A DNA stretch of 63,452 bases, counting the filler. It is 3 parts of 3 records of this genome, joined end to end, with 100 filler letters (N's around TTAATTAATTAA, not from the genome) between each part and the next. Parts side by side here need not be neighbours in the genome. Positions count along the whole stretch, not along the records: positions 1 to 22,313 come from SRR31156797_23904; 2 more parts are not named here. One strand, 5' to 3'. Shown piece after piece: positions 1 through 8,327 of the stretch. The stretch's first letter is position 1, and each line of letters starts with the position of its first letter. The notes beneath the pieces were generated by a model, which was given only the letters and a program-made list of their open reading frames with translations, searched no databases and had not been told where the DNA came from. Both the position numbers and the translations under genes were made by a program.

Positions 1-154
1 GGCGTATCCATGCAAATTTCAGCGTCACCACGCCAAGAACAAGTTGCAATGATATCGCTGAAATGATCAGCCTGGCAGAGATCTTTTTTTTATTTTCGCT
101 TAATAGAACAGCAATACCTAAAAACACAAACAGCCCCAGAATACTTTGAAACAT
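1..154 (-). CDS. CNT/NupC-family Na+/H+:nucleoside symporter, N-terminal part (runs off window start)
   Basis: Not in the ORF track. Manual minus-strand translation from ATG at 154 (AAGGAG RBS upstream) gives MFQSILGLFVFLGIAVLLSENKKKISARLIISAISLQLVLG, the typical CNT N-terminus (LG...IA.LLS.N.K.I......LQ). Confidence 0.8.
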   Translation of the reverse strand, partial: MFQSILGLFVFLGIAVLLSENKKKISARLIISAISLQLVLGVVTLKFAWIR

Positions 155-516
155 ATTAACTCCTTGGCAGTAGATATAAAAAACTTGTTCCGATATGGTA
201 TCAGCCATTGCCTAAGATGTTACAAGTTTTTCTTTATCTGTAGCATTTATTTTTCACAGATAGCACTGCAATTACATAAATCCAATTCTTTCCTGACTGC
301 ATAGCAAGTCGGCCTTATAAAAAAAATCCTTCCTCTAATCTCAATATTATTGTAGTTGTAGTGGCTTATAGATTACAAATGGCTATTGAATACTGATTGA
401 GGATTTTAGTCTATCGTATTGCTTTGGCCGGCCTGCTCGGCCAAGGAGAAATCGCAAAAAGAAATGATATTCATGATAGAGCTCACAGACCGGATATATG
501 CGTTAGGGAGACAGGG

Positions 517-2205
517 ATGAACCTGCTTAGGCTCCTGAACGCTTCCGGAGAAAAACCGCTGCGCAGACTCATGTGCTATGCCGCCGTCTCCGCCTTAGGC
601 ACCACTGTTGTCCTGGCGGTGATTACCTATGCGGCAAAATCCATCCACGATGCCAAAGAGGCGTTTGTAGATCTTCGTCTTGCCATGATCTTTGTCGCCA
701 GTACACTAATATACTTCACGGCAGAAAGCGCCATGATCGCCCGTCTGGCCGCCGACCTGGAAAAAGCCGTAAACCGTGTCAGAATGGCATTGATCCACCA
801 ACTGCGCCATGCAGATCTCTGGAATCTGGAACATTTCGGCGAAAGCCGGCTGTTCGAAAGCATCACACAGAATTGCAAGGCCATCTCCGCCAATTCCCAA
901 TACATTTCCCAGGCCCTGAGATCCGTGATCCTGATCCTGATGATCCTGGTCTATATTGCCACCATTTCAATGGTAACCTTTCTGCTTTTGTCCGGAATGA
1001 TAACGGCGGCATCCTTGATTTATTACCGCCTGGGCAAAACCCTGGAACAGGCCCGAAACGCCATGGGGGATCATGAAACCCGGTTGTTCGACTACGTCTC
1101 AGACCTTTTTGACGGGTTCAAGGAACAGCGGCTGTGCAGCGTTCGCAGCCAGGCCATCAGCCAAGGGTTCGCGGCCCAGTCCCTTGAGACGGCCAAGGCC
1201 TTCAGCAGGGTGCACAAGCACACCTGGCAGCAATTCGTTTTCGGAGAAACCACTTTTAACGCCATGCTTGGGGTGGTACTCTTTATCGTCCCCCTCTATG
1301 CGCCCACGGTCAGCAGCAATCTGGTTAAAATTTCAGCGTCAATTCTCTTTTTGGCATCGCCGATCTTCGGCCTGATGCAGTCCCTGGCCGTGTTGCGTGC
1401 CACTGAAGCTGCCGCAGGACGCATGCTGGTGTTGGAAGAGGAACTGACCGCACTGGAGGAAAAAGGCAGCGTTGATCCCTTTGAACCCCTGTCCGCCAAT
1501 TTCTCAGAGATCCGGATGGAAGGCCTTGAATTTACCTTTCCAGCCCCGCCAAAAGACACCTCCTTTACCATCGGTCCCATGGATGTTTGTATCAAAAGGG
1601 GAGAAACGGTGTTCATCAGCGGAGGCAACGGGGCCGGAAAATCCACCTTTATCAATTTGTTGACAGGCCTCTATCACCCCGGACGGGGTAAATTATCCAT
1701 GGACGGCCTTCCCATCACACCAGCCCGCCTGGCAGGCTTTCGCAATTTAATTGCACCGGTTTTCTCGGACTTTTACCTTTTCTCCCGACTCTACGGCCTC
1801 ACAGATGATGATCTGACAGAATCAGACCGCCTGATGGCGTGGATGGAGATGGCAAATATTTCGGATATCCGGGAGCAGGCCTTCACCCGCACCGACCTGT
1901 CGACCGGACAAAGAAAACGCCTCGCCCTGGTGGCGGCCCTGCTTGAAAACAAACCCATCCTGATACTGGATGAATGGGCAGCAGACCAGGACGCCTCGTT
2001 CAGAAAAAAATTCTATAGGCAAATCCTGCCGGACCTTTCGGAAAAGGGGTTTACCGTCATTGCCGTAACCCACGACGATCGATACTATGATGTGGCGGAC
2101 CGCAGGTTTCATCTTGACGAAGGCAAATTAACACAAATCACCTGCCCTAGTGAGGAAAAGGAAAATTTTGTAATTGAGCCGGGGAGGAACGATGAAACTT
2201 TTTAG
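517..2205 (+). CDS. Cyclic-peptide export ABC transporter, fused TMD+NBD (SyrD/PvdE/YojI type)
   Basis: N-terminal TM helices, Walker A GGNGAGKST, signature LSTGQRKRLAL and family-typical ILDEWAADQD. Start moved to ATG 517, which follows a GGGAG RBS. Confidence 0.9.
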   Translation: MNLLRLLNASGEKPLRRLMCYAAVSALGTTVVLAVITYAAKSIHDAKEAFVDLRLAMIFVASTLIYFTAESAMIARLAADLEKAVNRVRMALIHQLRHADLWNLEHFGESRLFESITQNCKAISANSQYISQALRSVILILMILVYIATISMVTFLLLSGMITAASLIYYRLGKTLEQARNAMGDHETRLFDYVSDLFDGFKEQRLCSVRSQAISQGFAAQSLETAKAFSRVHKHTWQQFVFGETTFNAMLGVVLFIVPLYAPTVSSNLVKISASILFLASPIFGLMQSLAVLRATEAAAGRMLVLEEELTALEEKGSVDPFEPLSANFSEIRMEGLEFTFPAPPKDTSFTIGPMDVCIKRGETVFISGGNGAGKSTFINLLTGLYHPGRGKLSMDGLPITPARLAGFRNLIAPVFSDFYLFSRLYGLTDDDLTESDRLMAWMEMANISDIREQAFTRTDLSTGQRKRLALVAALLENKPILILDEWAADQDASFRKKFYRQILPDLSEKGFTVIAVTHDDRYYDVADRRFHLDEGKLTQITCPSEEKENFVIEPGRNDETF

Positions 2206-3820
2206 GCTGCTGATCCGTGAGATTCCGGGTAATTTTAACGCCACCCTGGCCATGAACGCTCTAATTCCGGTTTCCACCCTCGTGTTCGTGGCCCTTATTT
2301 CCATGGTGTCCCAGAGCACTGCCACCCAAGGAGTCAACCCGCGGCTGATGTTCATGTTCCTCATTAGCATCATCGTCTTCCATATCGCCCATACGCACAC
2401 ACTGGTGACAGCCTCCCGGGATGCCGAGCAGCTGATTCACCGGATTCGCACCCGCCTGTTTGACCTTGTCCGGCAGACTGACCTGATCACCATTGAAAAA
2501 ATCGGCCACGCCAGACTACAGGGGGTCATGACCCAGGATACCCAGGTGCTTTCCCAGGTGCTCCCCATACTGGTCATCGGCCTGCAACAGTTGCTGATGC
2601 TGGTCTTTCTTGCAGCGTACCTGGCCTGGCTCTCCCCCCTGGCCTGTGTTCTGGCCTTCGGCCTTGCCGGTGTTGCCGTGGCCCTGCATTTTGCCAGGGT
2701 AAAAGCCATGCGTTTTTTGATGCGGCGGGCGGACACAGCAGAACACACCGTATTTAAAGGGCTTTCAGAACTTATAAAAGGCTTTAAAGAAATCCGGATG
2801 AACGGTTCTAAAGCAAAAGGCGTGGTTGGGAACCTGGCCGACGCCTCTAAGGATGCCAGTAACAGCAACGTGCAGCTTAAACTGAAATGGGGACGCAACT
2901 ATGCAGCCACCGAGGCCCTGCTCTATTCCCTGGCCGGACTGATCGTTTTTGTCGTACCGCTCTTTGCCCCGGATTTTCACAAGGTAGTGATGCCTGCCAC
3001 CATTGTGGTGCTTTTCATTGCAGGCCCCGTGTGCACGGTTGCCTTTGCCACCCCCATGGTGACACAGGCGGAGCTGGCCCTGGAACATATAGCATCCATG
3101 GAAAACCGCCTGGCAGCGGCAGCCGCTGACACCGCCACAGAAACCCGGGAAACGCTGGAAGGAAAACTTGAGTCCATCGGCCTGGCCCGGGTAACCCATG
3201 CCTATCTTGATGATCAAAAAAATCCTTGGTTCACAGCCGGCCCCTTGGATGCGGCATTCAAGGCAGGACGAATCACCTTTATCACCGGGGGCAATGGATC
3301 GGGAAAATCCACCCTGCTACGCCTGCTGACAGGCCTTATCCCAGCTGATTCAGGACAAATTCTTGTCAACGGCTCCCCCCTTGGCATTGAACAGCTTCAA
3401 AGCTACCGGGACAAAATATCTGCTGTTTTCAGTGACTTTCATCTCTCGAACCGGATTTACTGCATCAACGACCATACTCCGGGAAGGATTGATGAACTGC
3501 TTAACCGGCTGGACATCTCCACCAAGGTGAAGGTAGAAAACAACACCTTCAGTACCACGGATCTGTCCACAGGACAGCGCAAAAGGCTGGCGCTCATGGT
3601 GGCGGAACTTGAAGACAAACCCGTGATCGTACTGGACGAGTGGGCCGCCGATCAAGACCCCCACTTCCGACGTATCTTTTATGAAAAACTGTTGCCGGAC
3701 CTCAAGGAGCGCGGAAAAATCATCATCTGCGTCACCCATGATGACAGATGGTTTCACACGGCAGACCGGATATACCACATGGAAGAAGGCAGGATAAAGA
3801 TAACCGGATCCCAGTCCTAG
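2192..3820 (+). CDS. Second cyclic-peptide export ABC transporter (SyrD/PvdE/YojI type)
   Basis: GGNGSGKST, LSTGQRKRLAL, VLDEWAADQDP. ATG 2192 follows GGAGG and overlaps the previous gene's end (translational coupling). Confidence 0.9.
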   Translation: MKLFRLLIREIPGNFNATLAMNALIPVSTLVFVALISMVSQSTATQGVNPRLMFMFLISIIVFHIAHTHTLVTASRDAEQLIHRIRTRLFDLVRQTDLITIEKIGHARLQGVMTQDTQVLSQVLPILVIGLQQLLMLVFLAAYLAWLSPLACVLAFGLAGVAVALHFARVKAMRFLMRRADTAEHTVFKGLSELIKGFKEIRMNGSKAKGVVGNLADASKDASNSNVQLKLKWGRNYAATEALLYSLAGLIVFVVPLFAPDFHKVVMPATIVVLFIAGPVCTVAFATPMVTQAELALEHIASMENRLAAAAADTATETRETLEGKLESIGLARVTHAYLDDQKNPWFTAGPLDAAFKAGRITFITGGNGSGKSTLLRLLTGLIPADSGQILVNGSPLGIEQLQSYRDKISAVFSDFHLSNRIYCINDHTPGRIDELLNRLDISTKVKVENNTFSTTDLSTGQRKRLALMVAELEDKPVIVLDEWAADQDPHFRRIFYEKLLPDLKERGKIIICVTHDDRWFHTADRIYHMEEGRIKITGSQS

Positions 3821-3865
3821 GACACGGAACACAACCCCTTATCAGAACTTAATCGGGAATATCAG

Positions 3866-4714
3866 ATGGCTTTGCAAACACTCAAAAAAAAATTCACCAC
3901 CCTGTGGGATAAGCATACCATAGGCATTACTCTATTTTTGCTGATCCTTGCGTTTCTGATTGCATTTTTCTGGAACAGTATTGTGATTTCAATCTATCCC
4001 GGGCAGCAGGGGGTCCGGTGGTCAAGGTTCAACGGCACCCAGCTCAACGAGATAAACAGTGAGGGGCTGCATATCATCTGGCCCTGGGATATCATGTACA
4101 AATATAATACCCGGTTTCAAACAATAAACAGCACCCTGGAGATTCTAACCACCGAGGGGCTGACCATCACTGTGGATTACGCCTTCAGATTCTATCCCAC
4201 GAAGAAGGGGCTCCCCTATATTCACCAAAACCTGGGGGAAAACTATGCCCAAACCTTTTTGGAACCTGAAGTCAAGGCAGCCTCCATGTCAGTGATCGGA
4301 AATTACCCCCCCGAGCAACTCTACAGAATTTCCACCCTGGTGATCCAGGCATCCATCAAATATTATCTGAACAAACAATTCCTGGCCCGTAATATTGTTC
4401 TGGACGACTATCTGATTAAACGCATCATTCTTCCGGAACCGGTTGCCGACTCCATCGAACAGAAAATGGTTGCCGACCAGCTCAGCCAGGAATACGATTA
4501 TAAACTGTCCATTGAAACCAAGGAAAAGGAACGCAAGTCCATAGAAGCCGAAGGGATCAATTCCTTTGAAAAAATTTCAGGCATCCCCATACTCAAGTGG
4601 AAGGGCCTTGAGGTCACCCAGGAACTGGCCAAATCCCCCAACTCGAAAATTATAATCATGGGCAACGGGGACAAGGGGCTGCCCCTGCTGCTCAATACCG
4701 GCGGGAAACCATGA
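3866..4714 (+). CDS. SPFH/Band-7 (prohibitin-like) membrane protein
   Basis: One N-terminal TM, GQQGVRWSRF, EGLHIIWPW, C-terminal coiled-coil KEKERKSIEAEGI and LAKSPNSKIIIMG...GLPLLL. Confidence 0.85.
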   Translation: MALQTLKKKFTTLWDKHTIGITLFLLILAFLIAFFWNSIVISIYPGQQGVRWSRFNGTQLNEINSEGLHIIWPWDIMYKYNTRFQTINSTLEILTTEGLTITVDYAFRFYPTKKGLPYIHQNLGENYAQTFLEPEVKAASMSVIGNYPPEQLYRISTLVIQASIKYYLNKQFLARNIVLDDYLIKRIILPEPVADSIEQKMVADQLSQEYDYKLSIETKEKERKSIEAEGINSFEKISGIPILKWKGLEVTQELAKSPNSKIIIMGNGDKGLPLLLNTGGKP

Positions 4715-4715
4715 T

Positions 4716-5708
4716 ATGAAGATAAATTTTGAAAAAAACCAATGTTTCACCTTGGTTATCGTCTTTGTGGCCTGTATGATGCTCCTGGAATTTCCCCGTT
4801 TACACGCCGGTGAACTAAAAAAAATCAACTTCATGCCCATGTGGCTTCCCCAACCCCAGTTCGCAGGTTTTTACATGGCCAGGGAAAAAGGGATTTATGA
4901 GAAGTACGGGCTTGATGTCAGGATAGTGAACCGGGGCTACAATGCGGATGTACTCATTGATCTGGGGCAGGGGAAAATCGATTTTGGCATCATGAATCTA
5001 TTGACGGCCCTTGAAAAAAGGGCATCGGGGAACGATATCGTGAATGTCGGCCAGATATTCCAAAAAAGTGCCATCGAATTCGTGGCCCGTAAAAGTTCAG
5101 GAATCAACAGTCCCCAGGACTTTAACGGCAAAAAAATCGCTGTGTGGAGAACCGTGCTCCGGGCCCAGACCCTGGGGTTTATAAAAGCCCGGAATATCAC
5201 AGCCAAGATCTACTCGGTGGATGAGGGGATAAGTTTCTTTCTAAAAAAGGCTGTGGATATCATTCCTGTCATGCACTATAATGAGTACAACACCCTGATC
5301 AACCGCGGTATTAATCCTGATGAACTCACCTTGTTCCCGCTAAAGGATTTTGATATGGATTTCCCCGAAGATGGAATTTACTGCCTTGCCCGGACCTATC
5401 AGGCAGATCCGAAGCTTGTCCGAAGCTTTGTCAAGGCCTCCATGGAAGGCTGGGAATACGCAGTGGCCCATCCCGGTGAAGCCATTGGCATCATCCAAAA
5501 AATTCGCCTGAAGGAGAATCTGAGTACCAATCCAGTCCACCTGCAATGGATGATGGATGCCATGCCGGAGATGATACGTCCAAAGGAGCCGGACAGTCCC
5601 GGCGGACATTTGGTCAAATCCGATTTTGACAAGGCCCTGGATTTTCTTCTAAAGACCCAAAAGATTTCCCGGAAGGTAAGTTACGATGCATTCTATGTCA
5701 ACCGCTGA
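4716..5708 (+). CDS. NMT1/THI5-like periplasmic substrate-binding protein
   Basis: Signal peptide, W.PQ.QFAGFY.A.EKG.Y...GLDV motif, SP.DF.GKKIAVW, FVKASMEGW.YA..HP.EA. Confidence 0.85.
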   Translation: MKINFEKNQCFTLVIVFVACMMLLEFPRLHAGELKKINFMPMWLPQPQFAGFYMAREKGIYEKYGLDVRIVNRGYNADVLIDLGQGKIDFGIMNLLTALEKRASGNDIVNVGQIFQKSAIEFVARKSSGINSPQDFNGKKIAVWRTVLRAQTLGFIKARNITAKIYSVDEGISFFLKKAVDIIPVMHYNEYNTLINRGINPDELTLFPLKDFDMDFPEDGIYCLARTYQADPKLVRSFVKASMEGWEYAVAHPGEAIGIIQKIRLKENLSTNPVHLQWMMDAMPEMIRPKEPDSPGGHLVKSDFDKALDFLLKTQKISRKVSYDAFYVNR

Positions 5709-6687
5709 TAACAGCCCGGAAAAATCGCAACCCAACCTGGTAAAACGTTTTCTCACAAGGGTTGACGCAATTCTTGCAATTGGTATTTTCGTCATCGTCG
5801 TGGTATTTACCGCCACCAACATGATGAAAAAAACCGGCGATCCGGACCCCACTAACATGTCCCACAGGCAGATCCGGCAGATGTTGAAAAACGATACGGA
5901 ACAGGTCAATCTTTTTGTAAAATCCATGGAAAAAATTCCTAAGGAGATTGCGACAATCCTTGAGTTACAGCAACTCCGGACAGAAGAGATTAAAATCGTT
6001 CAGGACGCCATCATGCTCAACAGTTCCGAAATTTTCGGCACCGCCGTGGCATTTGCCCCCGGCTCATCGGGTGAAAAAAGTCCACCCAAGCCATTGTATG
6101 CCTACAGAAAGGACGGCAAAGTTAAGTACACCGTCCTGGATCATCCCGGATATGACTATGTCAATAAAGACTGGTATTTATTGCCGAAAATACTTAATCG
6201 GCCGGTCTGGGTAGATCCCTATTTTGATGAAGGCGGCGGCGGGGTATTTATGACCACCTATGCGGTCCCCTTCTCCTTTTTTGACGGTATTACAAGTACC
6301 TTTACCGGGGTGGTGACCGTGGATGTATCCATTGCCTGGTTGACCCGCTTTTGCAATACAAGGAAAAAATTACCCAACAACGGATTTATCATGCTGCTTT
6401 CAGAAGACGGCGTTGTGATCAGCGCCCCCCAAAAAGAGTGGGAGGTCAACCACACCGTGTTTTCACTTGCGGTCTCTTTGAAACTTCCTGAATTACGAAG
6501 GGTCGGACGTGATCTGCAGAAAGGTAAGTCCGGTACGGCCGTAGTGACGTCACCGGCCACCGGGAAAGCCGTAAAAATATTTTATGCGGCAGTTCCTGCC
6601 AACCACTGGGGTATCCTATATGTTATTCCTGAAAAAAAACAAGACACCTCCCAAGAAATAAGGGCGGGTGACCAGCTGTTAATCTAA
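5686..6687 (+). CDS. Membrane-anchored dCache sensor-domain protein without an output domain
   Basis: Single TM, then Cache motifs DWY..PK....P.W.DPYFDEGGG...M.TY.VP and GVVTVDV. The protein ends about 20 aa after the last Cache strand (WGILYVIP), with no second TM, HAMP or catalytic domain. Confidence 0.75.
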   Translation: MHSMSTADNSPEKSQPNLVKRFLTRVDAILAIGIFVIVVVFTATNMMKKTGDPDPTNMSHRQIRQMLKNDTEQVNLFVKSMEKIPKEIATILELQQLRTEEIKIVQDAIMLNSSEIFGTAVAFAPGSSGEKSPPKPLYAYRKDGKVKYTVLDHPGYDYVNKDWYLLPKILNRPVWVDPYFDEGGGGVFMTTYAVPFSFFDGITSTFTGVVTVDVSIAWLTRFCNTRKKLPNNGFIMLLSEDGVVISAPQKEWEVNHTVFSLAVSLKLPELRRVGRDLQKGKSGTAVVTSPATGKAVKIFYAAVPANHWGILYVIPEKKQDTSQEIRAGDQLLI

Positions 6688-6701
6688 AGGGAGATTGGCT
6701 T

Positions 6702-6884
6702 ATGCCGGCTATTGTTATTGTATGTTTGGTGCTTTCTTTAATCGTGGGTCTTCTAGGCCGAAATACCTTTATCGGTTTCTGGGGCAGTTTTATGTTCTCA
6801 CTATTTTTTACTCCTATCCCGCCAATGATCTATATTCTCGTGACCCGGGCCTATAAAGTTTTTTTTACAAAGGAAACCGTTTAG
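6702..6884 (+). CDS. Small (60 aa) two-TM membrane protein, last gene of the export operon
   Basis: GGGAG RBS, 14 bp after the previous stop, hydrophobic with a GR....GFWG.F..S...TP motif. Confidence 0.7.
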   Translation: MPAIVIVCLVLSLIVGLLGRNTFIGFWGSFMFSLFFTPIPPMIYILVTRAYKVFFTKETV

Positions 6885-6949
6885 GGCGGCAAATAAAATA
6901 AAATGGACAAAATTGCACCGAGCTTTGGCTCAGACAAGGCAGATCCAAT

Positions 6950-8236
6950 TTATAAAATTTGCGGTCCTTGCCTCCCACGCGTTGAGTCTGAGCAGGGCAT
7001 TGAGGGGCTGCCTGGGATGAGGGGGTCGGTTTGCAAGGGACTGTCAAACAGCTTGCGCTGATACCCCAGACACTGGTACCCATTTTCATTGATAATGGGA
7101 ATCATATCGGTGTCAATGTCAAGTTCCTTGCGTACCCAGTAGCAGATGGACATGGAAATGCCGTAGCTGCCTCCTGTCTGCTGGAATCGCTTGAACTGAT
7201 CTTGGCAGAAGTCGCGTTCCGGTGCCGTGCGCTGCCGTTGTTTTCGATGGTCCCGGTTTTCCGGTGCCAGATAGAGATTATATAGACGCCGGGTCTGATC
7301 CGGATCAAAATGTTCCAGCAGCTGCCCGATCCAGGCCAGGTTGGCCGGGGATACGGTCAGGAATTCGGGCTTGAAATTGACGATGCCGTTTCGGTGGAGC
7401 CTGTCAAAAAATGCAGTCATCACTTCGTCGGTCAGATATGAGGGGAAAATAGGCTGAACCAGGGCGGATTCGGACAGGATGCCAAGCTCCTGGCAAGCCC
7501 GTACCGCAGCCATCCGTTCTGATACCGGCGCCCCGAAAGGTTCAAGCAAAAGACGCAGGGAATCGGGCATGATGGAGATGCTGGTGTTGAACTGCATTTT
7601 TCCTTTGAGCTGTTCAAAAAGATCGATAATACGTACGCCGTCCCGGGCATACATCAGGTGTTTGATCCCGGCTTTGGAAGCGATGAAAAGCCTTGCTTTG
7701 GAGTCCGGATACCTTTCATAGTGGCGGATAAAGGTGTTCAGTATCCTGTGGGCAATGCCGGTCTGGAGGGTGGCCTCCTGAAGCGCCTCGGTCTTTGCCG
7801 AATAATAATAGTAGTGTTCCTCGTGCCGATGTTTTTCCAGAATAGGCGCCAGAAGCCGGTCGTAATTTTCATAGGCATTAAGGGGATGTTCATGGACCCC
7901 GTCGGTGACAAGACAGTAGAGACAACCCACATGACAGCCCTGCACCGGGCTGACTTCATAGGTAAGAGTGGGACAATGTGAGGTGTAGTTATGGATTTCC
8001 AGGTTAGAGCCAAGATCAATCATCCCCAGGTCCACCCGGGACCTGGGGATGGCGGTACGCGCCTTCCAGCGGTCCACGAATGAGCGGCATCCCGAGGTGA
8101 ACAGATCCATAGTTGCCTCATCCGGTGTAACACTTACCCCGAGGGCTTTAAGGTCTTTTCTTCCTATCATCCTGGGTGCAAACCCTTTTAAGTTGTAAAT
8201 ATCCGGCTGGTTATCGTAAATTGGTGTCAATTTCAT
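6950..8236 (-). CDS. Radical SAM enzyme, spore-photoproduct-lyase-like family
   Basis: The ORF track gives +, but the protein reads from the minus strand (CAT at 8234-8236 = ATG AAA TTG ACA; TTA at 6950-6952 = TAA). CxxxCxxC motif in SPVQGCHVGCLYC, LEP.GAP..ER.AA motif, extra Cys in SHCPT, SICYW and YQCLG. Co-oriented with the NRPS genes. Confidence 0.85.
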   Translation of the reverse strand: MKLTPIYDNQPDIYNLKGFAPRMIGRKDLKALGVSVTPDEATMDLFTSGCRSFVDRWKARTAIPRSRVDLGMIDLGSNLEIHNYTSHCPTLTYEVSPVQGCHVGCLYCLVTDGVHEHPLNAYENYDRLLAPILEKHRHEEHYYYYSAKTEALQEATLQTGIAHRILNTFIRHYERYPDSKARLFIASKAGIKHLMYARDGVRIIDLFEQLKGKMQFNTSISIMPDSLRLLLEPFGAPVSERMAAVRACQELGILSESALVQPIFPSYLTDEVMTAFFDRLHRNGIVNFKPEFLTVSPANLAWIGQLLEHFDPDQTRRLYNLYLAPENRDHRKQRQRTAPERDFCQDQFKRFQQTGGSYGISMSICYWVRKELDIDTDMIPIINENGYQCLGYQRKLFDSPLQTDPLIPGSPSMPCSDSTRGRQGPQIL

Positions 8237-8327
8237 CTATTTTCCTTTATTGGTGTTCTCTGACCGTTCAGGCCAAAGCAATGTCTTCCAGAATCTGTCA
8301 TATTGGGTTCTACCCATCTTTCCCAGA

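Noticed and set aside
6950-8236. ORF-track label placing the 428-aa radical SAM ORF on the + strand
   Set aside because: The listed protein only translates from the reverse complement (ATG at 8236, TAA at 6952-6950), so it belongs with the NRPS operon and not the export operon.
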